Below, in pieces: positions 49,581 through 61,221 of a stretch of 64,000 nucleotides of DNA (positions within the stretch are counted from its first letter, which is position 1; every line of letters starts with the position of its first letter). Source of the DNA: Mobula hypostoma (lineage: Eukaryota); NCBI RefSeq assembly GCF_963921235.1, contig NC_086097.1:49974001-50038000 (forward strand), given 5' to 3'. The notes under the pieces are model-generated. The model had not been told where the DNA came from, did no database searches, and was given only the letters and a program-made list of their open reading frames with translations. The translations under genes were made by a program, and so were the position numbers.

Positions 49581-52500
49581 ACATAAGACCATAAGACAAA
49601 GGAGCAGAAGTAGGCCATTCGGCCCATCGAGTCTACTCCGCCATTTTATCATGAGCTGATCCATTTTATCCTATTTAGTCCCACTGCCCCGCCTTCTCAC
49701 CATAACCTTTGATGCCCTGGCTACTCAGATACCTATCAATCTCTGCGTTAAATATGCCCAATGACTTGGCCTCCACTGCTGCCCATGGCAACAAATTCCA
49801 TAGATTCACCACCCTCTGACTAAAAAAATTTCTTCGCATTTCTGTTCTGAAAGGGCGCCCTTCAATCCTGAAGTCATGCCCTCTCGTACTGGACTCCCCC
49901 ATCATGGGAAACAACTTTGCCACATCCACTCTGTCCATGCCTTTTAACATTCGAAATGTTTCTGTGAGGTCTCCCCTCATTCTTCTAAACTCCAAGGAAT
50001 ACAGTCCAAGAGCAGACAAACGTTCCTCATATGTTAACCCTCTCATTCCCGGAATCATTCTAGTGAATCTTCTCTGTACCCTCTCCAACGTCAGCACATC
50101 CTTTCTTAAATAAGGAGACTAAAACTGCCCACAGTACTCCAAGTGAGGTCTCACCAGCGCCTTAAAGAGCCTCAACATCACATCCCTGCTCCTATACTCT
50201 ATTCCTCTAGAAATGAATGCCAACATTGCATTCGCCTTCTTCACTACTGACTCAACCTGGAGGTTAACTTTAAGGGAATCCTGTATGAGGACTCCCAAGT
50301 CCCGTTGCATCTCAGAACTTTGAATTCTTTCCCACTTTAAATAATAGTCTGCCCGTTTATTTTTTCTGCCAAAGTGCATAACCATACACTTTCCAACATT
50401 GTACTTCATTTGCCACTTCTCTGCCCATTCTTCCAATCTATCCAAGTCTCTCTGCAGACACTCCGTTTCCTCAGCACTACCGGCCCCTCCACCTATCTTC
50501 GTATCGTCAGCAAACTTAGCCACAAAGCCATCTATTCATAATCCAGATCGTTGATGTACAATGTAAAAAGAAGTGGCCCCAACACTGATCCCTGTGGAAC
50601 ACCACTGGTAACCGGCAGCCAACCAGAATAGGATCCCTTTATTCCCACTCTCTGTTTCCTGTCAATCAGCCAACGCTCTATCCACGTATGTAACTTCCCG
50701 TAATTCCATGGGCTCTTATCTTGTTAAGTAGCCTCATGTGTGGCACCTTGTCAAACGCCTTCTGAAAATTCAAATATACAACATCCACTGCATCTCCCTT
50801 GTCTAGCCTACTGGTAATTTCCTCAAAAAATTGTAATAGGTTTGTCAGGCAGGATTTTCCTTTAAGGAATCCATGCTGAGTTCTGCCTATCTTGTCATAT
50901 GCCTCCAGGTACTCTGTAACCTCATCCTTGACAATCGACTCCAACAACTTCCCAACCACCGACGTCAAGCTAACAGGTCTATAATTTCCTTTTTGCTTCC
51001 TTGCCCCCTTCTTAAATAGCGGAGTGACATTTGCAATCTTCCAATCTTCCGGAACCATGCCAGAATCTATCGACTTTTGAAAGATCATCGCTAATGCCTC
51101 CGCAATCTCCACAGCTACTTCCTTCAGAACACGAGGGTGCATTCGATCTGGTCCAGGAGATTTATCGACCTTTAGCCTATTCAGCTTCCTGAGTACTTTC
51201 TCTGCCGTAATTGTGACTGCGCACACTTCTCTTCCCTGCCACCCTTGAGTGTCCGGTATCCTGCTATCTTCCTCAGTGAAGACTGATGCAAAATACTTGT
51301 TCAGTTCCTCTGCTATCTCCTCATCTCCCATTACAATTTCTCCAGTATCATTTTCTATCGGTCCTATATCTACTCTCACCTGTCTTTTACTCTTTATATA
51401 CTTGAAAAAGCTTTTAGTATCCTCTTTGATATTATTTGCTAGCTTCCTTTCATAGTTAATCTTTTCTCTCTTAATGACCTTCTTGGTTTCGTTTTGTAAG
51501 GTTTTAAAGACTTCCCAATCCTCTGTCTTCCCACTAATTTTTGCTTCCTTGTATGCCCTCTCCTTTGCTTTAACTTTGGCTTCGACTTCTCTTGTCAACC
51601 ACGGTTGCATCCTTTTTCCACTCGAAAATTTCTTCTTTTTTGGAATATACCTGTCTTGCACATTCCTAATTTTTTGCATAAACTCCAGCCACTGCTGCTC
51701 TGCCGTCTTTCCCGCCAGTGTCTCTTTCCAGTCAACTTTGGCCAGTTCCTCTCTCATGCCACTGTAATTTCCTTCACTCCACTGAAACACTGACACATCA
51801 GATTTCGGCTTCTCTTTTTCTAATCTCACAATGAACACAATCATGTTATGATCACTGTCTCCTAAGGGTTCCTTCACCTCAATCTCTCCAATCACCTCCG
51901 GTTCATTACACAATACCCAATCCAGTACAGCCGATCCCCTAGTGGGCTCAACAACAAGCTGTTCTAAAAAGCCATCTCGCAGACATTCTACAAATTCTCT
52001 CTCTTGAGATCCAGTGCCGACCTGATTTTTCCAATCTACTCGCATGTTAAAATCCCCCACAATTATCGTAACACTGCCCGTCTGACAAGCCTTTTCTATT
52101 TCCAGTTGTAATTTGTAGTCCACATCCCTGCAGCTGTTTGGAGGCCTATAAATAACTGCCATCTGGGTCTTTTTACCCCTGCTATTCCTTAGCTCAACCC
52201 ATAAAGATGCTGCCCCTTCCGATCCTATATCACCTCTTTCTAACGATTTAATATCATTTCTTACCAATAAAGCCACGCCTCCCCCTCTGCCTACCTTCCT
52301 ATCCTTCCGATACACTGTGTATCCTTGGACGTTCAGCTCCCAGAGACATGCATCCTTTAGCCAGGTCTCAGTGATGGCCACAATATTATACCTGCCAATC
52401 TGTAGCTGTACAACAAGATCATCCACTTTATTCCTTATGCTGCGTGCATTTAAGTACAACACCTAAGACCAGTATTTGATACTTTTTACTTTGATTTCAC

Positions 52501-53035
52501 TGCAACTTTATTGCACTTCAACTCATCCCAATGGCTACACATTTGCCCCATCACCTGCCTGTCTTTCCTGACATCTTTACTGCTCACTATCTTAGATTTA
52601 TTTCTGTTATCCCCTTCCTCTGCTCTATCATTCCAGTTCCCATCCCCCTGCCAAATTAGTTTAAACCCTCCCTAACAGCTCTATTAAACTTTCCCGCCAG
52701 GATATTGGTCCCCTTCGGGTTCAGGTGTAACCTGTCCTTTTTGAACAGGCCATACTTTCCCCAGAAGAGATCCCAATTATCCAAGAATCTGAAGCCCTGC
52801 CCCCTACACCAGTCTCTCAGCCAGGCATTCATCTGCCTGATCCGACGACTCTTGCCCTCGCTAGCACGTGGCACAGGTAGCAATCCCAAGATTACTACCC
52901 TGGAGGTCCTGCTTCTCAGCTTCCTTCCTAACTCCTGGAAATCTCTCTTCAGGACCTCCTCCTTTGTCCTGTCTATGTCATTGGTACCAACATGTACCAA
53001 GACAACTGGCTGCTCACCCTCCCCCTTTAGAATAT
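49581..53035 (-). mobile_element. Young CR1 LINE: ORF1 esterase C-terminus plus nearly intact ORF2
   Basis: ORF1 VHVGTNDI...KKDRLHLN (stop at 52656-52658), 594-aa EN/RT ORF 50678-52462, ORFs 50119-50523 and 49675-50097, (TCTTATGG)n tail. Confidence 0.95.
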
Positions 53036-53099
53036 GTGAGAAGAGTAAGTCTATCATATCTGATGTGACTATCAGCTACTTGAAAAAGAAATACGAAAG

Positions 53100-53817
53100 A
53101 AATTGCAGAAATTAAAAGTATACTGTAAAGTTGGAATGGAGCTTGCAACGTGGCCACTGTACGCGGCACCATTTTGCCAGAAGAAGTGCTGTCTTGATGA
53201 TGGAGTTGGCCTTTCTTCACGCCACATGCCCAATCCAACTCCAACACTTCCTCATGATGTTTGTGGCCATCTCTCTTGATGATACTGAAGGAATAGAGTG
53301 TGGTTGGAGATCTTTCTTGGCCAGAAGATACAGAGGATCTTCTGGAGGCTCATGGTGTGAAATGACACAGCTTGGCAAGGTCACTCTAAAATTCTGTTTC
53401 ACCATTTGCTGCCAGACTCTGTCTCTCTGATTTTACTGATGCCTAGTATGTGTGGACTGCCGCAATACATTTGTATTTTTCAGGGCTTTCTTCATCATGC
53501 CAGTACCTTCCTCTCATTTTTCACTAATGTCAGCTGTGCAAGTCTCAGGAATACTATTGCACACAGATGTAGAAGGATTCCTTATTGCTGCTTTCATAAC
53601 AGTTTTGTTTGACCAGTCAGGGTTATTAGCCCTGAGCTGAACCCCAAACTTGGAGGACCAATGGATCACTCTGGCCTCTATCCTTTGACCTGTCTCGCAT
53701 GGGTTTCCCTACCAAGAGTCAAAGCACAAGGCCCTGACTCCAGCCAACATAGCTTTCTGGGTCATTGAGGGACACAAGCCTTCAAACTTCAACAAGGTTG
53801 TCGTACTCTTGGAGGCT
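53100..53817 (-). mobile_element. Internally deleted RTE element (5' UTR joined to C-terminal remnant)
   Basis: RILCIFWPRKISN...IMRKCWSWIGHV, preceded by an RTE-like 5' UTR with GGGCTAATAACCC. Confidence 0.65.
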
Positions 53818-54751
53818 GTTTATGTGAGCAAGAGCGAGGGAGAGAGAGAAACAAATATTATAGAATACCTGTATTAAGTTTTAGTGAGTTACTCCAATAT
53901 GCATTCAGATAATATTTAATTAACAAAAAGTTATGAATCAGGCCTGTGGAATAATTTTTTCCTCCTTTAAAATGAGAAATAAATTAATAAATACTCAATG
54001 AATGTCTTTCTGAGATTGAACTACGTATCAGGGAAGGGAATCTGCTGGCAGAAGCATTCTTTCTATTTTAGAAACTGTCACTGAAAATTGATCTTGCTGC
54101 TTAAACCTGTCCTGCAATTCTTGTATAGTATGACGATCTAAGCTATCAGGAGACTGGGGGAGGGGGAAATCTGTTCTAAAATAGGATTATCTTTTCTCAT
54201 GGTTATTCCAGCACATGATTGCAATTTTCTTTGCATTGGCCTTCTTGAGTAGGCAGAGAGAAGTTACAGTGAAAATCATGCTCCTAATGTAATGGCTCTG
54301 AATTGGATGGAGAGAATTTGAGAAATGTTGCAGAAGTTAAGCGGCTCTTTTACCAAAGTTTTTAAAAAATGTATCTTAGAAATGGGAGTGAAAAGGAGAA
54401 GGATAAAAGTAGAAATACTGCTAATAGAGACAGGAGCTCCTCCCTTTGTAATTTCAGATTGGCTGCTATTGTCCTATCCCTGCACACATTTCCTGCTAAG
54501 TAGGAGGAAAAGGTAGTAGTTGTTGGACTGCCTATTCACCACGATGTCTACAGGAATTGCATAATACACACACTGAATTAGTCTGTACGGTATGTAAATA
54601 TTCGTGTTATTTTCAACAGAGGTATATATATATACAGGACCCGAATTCAAAGTTCAAAGTAAATTTATTATCAAAGTACATATTTGTCACCATGTACAAC
54701 CCTGAGATTTGTTTTCTTGGGGGCATAAAACCAAGGAACATAATAGAATCG

Positions 54752-56900
54752 ACCTCATTATTGTTTGAAATTAGGCCAATCAATGTAGTGTCGTCGGCAA
54801 ATTTGATTAGCATATTAGAGCTGTGGGTGGCGACACAGTCATGGGTATGCAGGGAGTAAAATAGGGTACTTAATACACAGCCCTGAGGGGCTCCTTTGTT
54901 GAGTGTCAGAGGGATGGAGGTGAGGGAGCCCCCTCTTACCACTTGCTGGTGGTCTGACAGGAAGTCTTGGATCCAGCTGCACAAGGCAGGATGAAGGCCA
55001 AGGTCTCTGAGCTTCTTGTTGAGCCTGGATGGAATTATGGTGTTGAATGCTGAACTGTAGTCCATCTTCCTCTTGTGTGTTACCAAGCTTCTGTACAACG
55101 AGACTGAAGACAGCAGTGGTGTGGCAGTGGACTTCAGATTAGATGGCAACCTCTTTGACATCAGGAGGCTCCACACAACCACCAAACTCCATAGAGAGCA
55201 GGTCCTGGAGCTGCAGTATGCAGACGACTGTGATCTTGTGGCCCATATTCCAGAGGTTCTTCAGACTATCCTTGTTGTGGCGGTGAGAGCGTACAGCAGG
55301 ATGGGGCTGACTGTCAATACCACCAAGACAGAAGTGGTTTGCCAATGGAGTACTAGTGTCCCACCCACTCTACCTGCCTTCACTGTTGATGATGAAAAGC
55401 TGTCAGTAGTGCGATCTTTCAAATATCTGGGGAGCATTCTGTCTGAGGATAGCGGCATTGACAACGACATCCAGAGCCACATTAAACAGGCATCAGCTGC
55501 CTTTAGGAGACTTCGGCCTAGAGTCTTTCAGAACAGGAGCCTTCGTCCCTCCACAAAGGTCGCCGTATACCAAGCGGTCTGTGTTACCACCCTCCTTTAT
55601 AGCTGTGAAGCTTGGGTAATCTACAGCCGTCACATCAAGTCCTTGGAGCGCTTCCACATAAGCTGCCTCCAACGCATTCTGGGAATTACCTGGCGTGAGC
55701 GGGTGCCTCACACTGAAATACTTGTAAAGACCAACTGCAGGAGTATTGAAGCCATAATCACCCCAGCATCAGCTGCAGTGGCTGGGGCATGATAAGGATG
55801 CCCCATGTCAGCTACCCCACAGAGTGTTATACGGCCAGCTACATCATGGTCGACGCTCAGCTGGAGGGCCAAAGAAACACTATAAGGATCAAATGAAGAA
55901 TGCTTTAAGGAAGTGCAAGATCAGACCAAATGACCTGGAGGATGTTGCTGCTGACCGTACCACGTGGCGACAGCTGTGTAGCGATAAGGTTTGTATTCTG
56001 GAGATGGAAAGAACCACCAGAAGAGAGCCAGGAGAGATGCAGCTATGGTTGCCACCACTATCACATATACATGTCCCACCTGCAATAGAGCTTGTGGACC
56101 CAGGATAGGACTGTATGGTCATCAAAGATCTCACCGTTAAAGGAGTGGACGTCATCATCAGATTTTGATGGACAACCGAAGAGAAAGAGAGTCCAAGAAC
56201 AGCATTCTCATATAAGCATCCTTCCTCTCCAGGTGTGTAAGGACAGTATGTAGAGCAGTGGCTATTGCGTCATCTGTCAAACGGTTGTGTCAGTAGGCGA
56301 ATTGTAGGGGTCCACTTTGGGTGGTAGCAAGCTGCAGATGTAATCCTTGACCAGCCTCTCAATGCATTTGCTTATTATGGAAGTGAGTGTGACGGGACAT
56401 CAGTCATTCAGGCATGTTACCTTGGTCTTTTTGGTACAGGGACAATGGTGGATAATTTGAAGCAGGCAGGCACTCTACACTGGGAGAGGGAGAGATTAAA
56501 AATGTCTGTAAACACCCCTGCCAGTTGTGCTGCAGACATCCTGAATACTCGCTCTGGGGTGCCATCTGGTCCTGCAGCTTTGCAACTGTCCACTCATTGG
56601 AGACGTATGCGTACCTCAGCATCAGAGATGACCAAGTTGCAGGTTGTAGTGGTGGCTTTCCTCAGAGGCTCAGAGTTAGCAACATTGAACCAAGCATAAA
56701 AGTGATTGAGCTCATCTGGGAGACAGGCCGCGATGTTGGTGGCATCACTGCATTTGGCTTTGAAGTCTGTGATGGTATGCAACCCTTGCCACAAGTCATG
56801 TGTGCTATTCATTGTGAATCTTGACTCAGTCTTGTCCCTGTATTGTTGTTTTGCAGCCTTGATAGCTTTGCGCAGATCATAGCTGCTTTTCTTGAGCTCC
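54752..56900 (-). mobile_element. Rex1/Babar RT fragment (related to 47230-49580), split by an RTE
   Basis: YDLRKAIKAAK, LPDELN, DYSSAFNTIIP, GAPQGCVLS, IKFADDTT. Confidence 0.85.
55065..56189 (+). mobile_element. 5'-truncated RTE (BovB-like) LINE
   Basis: FRLDGNLFDIRRL..LQYADDC, FKYLGS, KVAVYQAVCVTTLLYSCEAW, LYGQLHHGRRSAGGPKKHYKD; GAAGA-type tail; TSD AGTCCA (55059-55064, 56190-56195). Confidence 0.9.
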
Positions 56901-58041
56901 ACAACAAGATGGACAAATAATGTGCAAACTGTACAAATACAAAAAGAAAGCAAAACAAAATAATAATAAATAAATAAGCAATAAATATCAAGAACATGAG
57001 ATGAAGTCTTGAAAGTAAGTCTATAGGTTATGGGAACAGTTCGATGTTGGGATGTGTGAAGGTGAGTGAAGTTATCCCCTCTGGTTCAAGAGCCTAATGG
57101 TTGAGGGTTAATAACTGTTCCTGAACCTGCTGGTGTGGGTCCTGAGGCTCCTGAGCCTTCTTCCTGATGGCAGCAGCGAGAAGGGAGCATAGCCTAGACG
57201 GTGAGCATCCTTGATGATGGATGATGCTTTCCTGTGACTGTGCTGTTGATATAGGGAGAGCTGTGCCTATGATGGACTGGACTGTATCTACTATTATTTA
57301 CAAACTTTCCGTTTCAAGGGCATTGTATTTACATACCAAGTCGTGATGTAACCAGTCAGTATACTCTCCACTGCAAAGTTTTAGATAACATGTCAAATCC
57401 TTGCAAACTTATAAGAAAGTAAGTAAGGGTACTTACATGCTGAATCCAGGACAGATCCTCTGAACTGATAATGCCGAGCAATTTAAAGTTGCTGACCCTC
57501 TCCACCTCTGATCCCTTGATGTGGATGGGCTCATAGACCTCTAGTTTGTGCCCCCTGCAGTCAATAATCAGCTCTTTTATTTTTGCGGAGTGCAAGGTTA
57601 TTATTGTGACATCATTCAGCCAGATTTTCAATCTCCCTCCTATATGCTGAGTTTACACCACTTTTGATTTGGCCAGTGACTGGTGTCATAATTATGGCAC
57701 TGTTGCTCTGCTTAACCTCGCAGTCATAAGTATAACGCTAGTAGAGCAGGGGCTAAGCATACAGCCTTGTGGAGTACCTGTGCTGATGGTGATTTTGGGG
57801 GAATTGCTTGTGGTCTGCAAGTGAGGAAATCAAGGATCCAGTTGCACAAGGTGGTAACCATATAACCATATAACAATTACAGCATGGAAACAGGCCATCT
57901 CGGCCCTTCTAGTCCATGCTGAACTCTTACTCTCACCTAGTCCCACCAACCTGCACTCAGTCCATAACCCTCCATTCCTTTCCTGTCCATATAGCTGTCC
58001 AATTTATCCAATTTAACCTTAAATGACATCGAACTTGCCTC

Positions 58042-58075
58042 GTCCTGACGAAGGGTCTCGGCCTGAAACGTCGAC
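58042..58075 (+). ncRNA. Minimal type I hammerhead ribozyme
   Basis: GUC-CUGACGA-AGG-GUCUCGG-CCU-GAAA-CGUC-GAC; predicted cleavage after C58072. Confidence 0.85.
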
Positions 58076-58184
58076 TGCACCTCTTCCTAGAGATGCTGCC
58101 TGGCCTGCTGCGTTCACCAGCAACTTTGATGTGTGTTGCTTGAATTTCCAGCATCTGCAGAATTCCTGTTGTTGGCGTTTTTAA
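58042..58184 (+). mobile_element. 143-bp Penelope-end insertion: hammerhead plus tail
   Basis: 14-bp TSD ATCGAACTTGCCTC (58028-58041, 58185-58198); near-identical to 14105-14234. Confidence 0.9.
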
Positions 58185-58936
58185 ATCGAACTTGCCTCAA
58201 CCACTTCTGCTGGAAGCTCGTTCCACACAGCAACCACTCTCTGAGTAAAGAAGTTCCCCCTCATGTTACCCCTAAACTTTTGCCCTTTAACTCTCAACTT
58301 ATGTCCTCTTGTTTGAATCTCCCCTACTCTCAATGGAAAAAACCTATCCACGTCAACTCTATCTATACCCCTCATAATTTCAAATACCTCTATCAAGTCC
58401 CCCCTCAACCTTCTACGTTCCAAAGAATAAAGACCCAACTTGTTCAACCTTCCTCTGTAACTTAGATGATGAAACCCAGGTGACATTCTAGTAAATCTTC
58501 TCTGTACTCTCTCTATTTTGTTGACATCTTTCCTGTAATTTGGTGTCCAAAATTGTACACAATACTCCAAATTTGGCCTCACCAATGCCTTGTACAATTT
58601 CAACATTACATCCCAACTCCTATACTCAATGCTCGCTGATTTATAGGTAGTAAAGCCTAACTTAATGATTAGTTTTGAGGGAATGATAGTATTGACTGCA
58701 GAGCTATAGTCAATGAAGAGCATCTTGATGAATGCATCTTCACTGTCCAGGTGTTAGGGATGAGTGAAGAGCCAATTAAATAGTTGTTGTAATGATAGGC
58801 AAATTAGAGGAATTCAAGTCATTTCTCAGGCATGAGTTAATATGTTTCATCACCAGCTTCTCAAAGCACTTCACCACAGTGGATGTAATTGCTTCTGGAC
58901 GATAGTCATTGAGGCAGGTTACCATGTTCTTCTTAG

Positions 58937-59227
58937 TTAAAAGTTAAAGTCTGTCCTGGGCCTTATAGGCTCAGCAGGCCAGTGCTTATGCCAGTTTCCA
59001 TGGCGTGAAGCGACTGAGGGTACAAGACTCTCCCTCCCCACCCCCGGATAGGATGCCAGTCTGTCTCGAGATTAACCCCCAGCATTTTGCCAGTTGGGTG
59101 GGTGGACTGGAGTATTGGGTGGTTAAGTGCCTTGCTCAAGGACACAACACATTACCTCAGCTGGGGCTTGAACTCACAACCTTCAGATCGCTAGTCCAAC
59201 ACCCTAACCACTTGGCCTCGCACCACA
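58937..59227 (-). mobile_element. tRNA-derived SINE
   Basis: A box AGGCCAAGTGG, B box GAGTTCAAGCC, then TGTGTCCTTGAGCAAGGCACTTAAC; 14-bp TSD CATGTTCTTCTTAG. Confidence 0.88.
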
Positions 59228-59489
59228 CATGTTCTTCTTAGGCACTGGTATAATTGAAGCCTGTTTGAAGGAGGTGAGTACCTCAGACTGCTGAAGCAAG
59301 AGAATGAAGAGATTGATGAACAGTCCAGCCAGTTGATCAGCGCTGGTCTTCAGTACTAGGCCAGGTATCCCACCTGGGAACCAAATGCTTTCCCTTGGTT
59401 CACTGTCTTGAAGAATACTCTTATGTTGGCATCAGAGTCCGAAATCACAGTGTCATTGGGGGCTGTGGGAGTTTGTGAAGGTGCCTCAG

Positions 59490-59899
59490 TGTCACGGTCC
59501 TGACCATTAATTCCCCATTTTCTCCTAATTCCCTTTGATTGAACTGTTAATTGGTTTTGCCAGTGTGGTAATTAACGTCTCCCGGCCGTTTAGGATTGTG
59601 TGTTCTAAGTTTTGCTTCAGTACCAAGATTTACCTGTGAAACTCAGTCTCTCCGTGCCAAGATAAGTTTTCTGAGTTTTACTTCAGCACCGAGGTTTACC
59701 TGTGTAACTCTGTCTCTCCGTGCTAAGAAAAGTTTTGTCTGCCGTTTTCCCTTCTATGCTCCATGTCAAGATAAGTTCTGCCTGCCTCCTGCTTTCCTGC
59801 ACTCCCTCCTGTTTGCCGTTCAACACTCATGCCCGTGTCTGCATCCTAACTCAATCTCCGTGCCTGTGTCCTGCGTTTGGGTTCGCCTCGTCTGCTGCA
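59490..59899 (+). mobile_element. Probable solo LTR
   Basis: Starts TGTCACGG, ends near CTGCGTTTGGGTTC like the LTR at 18764, with an internal ~65-bp duplication. No TSD found. Confidence 0.55.
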
Positions 59900-60249
59900 A
59901 AATTCAGTCAAAGTGAGCATAAAAGGCATTGAACTCCTTTGGGAGCAAAAGCCTGTTATCACATATGTCACTTGGTTTTACTTAGTCGGATTTAATAGCA
60001 TTCAAGCCTTGCCACAACTTTTGAGCATCCTTCTGTGATTCCAGTTTCATCTTCAATTGCCACTTCGCATATGAGATGGTCTTCCGGAGGTCATACCTGG
60101 ACCTCTTGTATTTTACTTGGTCGCCAGATCTGAATGCCACTAATCTGGCCCTCAGCAAATGTGGATCTCTTGGTTCATCCAGGGCTTCTGGTTAGGATAA
60201 ATTATTTTGTGGTGGTACACCCATCCACGACTGACTTTATAAAGTCCAT

Positions 60250-61010
60250 GAAGATGGATAAGTAACCTGGATCAAACAGACTACACCCCAGGATTTTGAA
60301 AAAGGTAGCCGAAGAGGCATTGGTTGTGATCTTTTAAGAATCACTAGAGTCAGGAATAGTTCCAGAGGACTGGAAAATAACGAATGACACTCCACTCCTA
60401 AAGAAGAGAAGGAGGCAAAAAAAAAACAGGAAATTATAGGCCTGTTAACCTGACTTTGGTGGTTGGTAAGAGTTCAGAATCTATTATTAAGGATGAGGTT
60501 TCTGGGTAATTGGAAGCACATGATAAAATGGGCTGAAGTCAGCATGGTTTCTTTAAAGGGAGATCTTGCCTGACAAATCGGTTGGAATTCTTTGAGGAAG
60601 TAACAAACAAGATAGATAAAAGAGAATCAGTGGATGTTGTTTACTTGGATTTTCAGAAGGCCTTTGACAAGGTGTTACACACTAGGCTGTTTTACAAGAT
60701 AAGAGCCCATGGTATTACAGGAAAAATAATAATATGGATAGAAGTTTGGCTGACTGGCAGAAGGCAATAAGTGGGAATAAAGTAGGCCTTTTCTTGTTGG
60801 ATATTGGTGACTAGTGGTATTCAGCAGGGTTTGGTGTTGGATCTGCCACTTTACATGTTGTTTGATAATAATCTGGATGATGAATTATATCTGAGTTAGA
60901 TGATTCAACGATAGCTGGAGGGGTAGATTGTGTTAGAAAGAAGGGAATCTGCAGAAGGACTTGGACAGGTTGGCAGAATGAGTGAAAAAAAATGTCAGAT
61001 GGAATGGTAG
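60250..61010 (+). mobile_element. Decayed CR1 RT fragment
   Basis: EFFEEVT..VDVVYLDFQKAFDKV..WLTGRRQ. Confidence 0.82.
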
Positions 61011-61221
61011 TTGTCTGTCATATCCAACAATGACAGGAGACCTGTGTGGGAGAGTTTTTAAAGTGGAAAAGCTGATGCACTATGTCAATTTCACTCTCTC
61101 AACCACAGAAGTCTGGGTCCAGTGATACAACTGGGATTATATTTGGTTGCAATGGATAACCATGACTTCTGTGCCTTGTTATGTCCTTTATTCTCCATGA
61201 AGCATTGCAGAATGGTTGCAG

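Larger units (their letters stand above)
57857..58645 (-). mobile_element. CR1 3' fragment
   Basis: LVRPNLEYCVQFW, RRLRGDLIEVF, FFTQRVV; (TTATATGG)n tail; flanks GGTGGTA/GGTAGTA. Confidence 0.88.
54644..60245 (-). mobile_element. Old Rex1/Babar LINE hosting several later insertions
   Basis: Tail (TTTGAAC)n at 54644-54670; RT remnants KIKELIID, ERVSNFKLLG, MLFIDYSSAVNTIIPSKL continue between the insertions. Confidence 0.7.

Noticed and set aside
59160..59227. tRNA gene on the minus strand
   Set aside because: It is the SINE head; no complete cloverleaf, and it lies within TSD-bounded SINE sequence.
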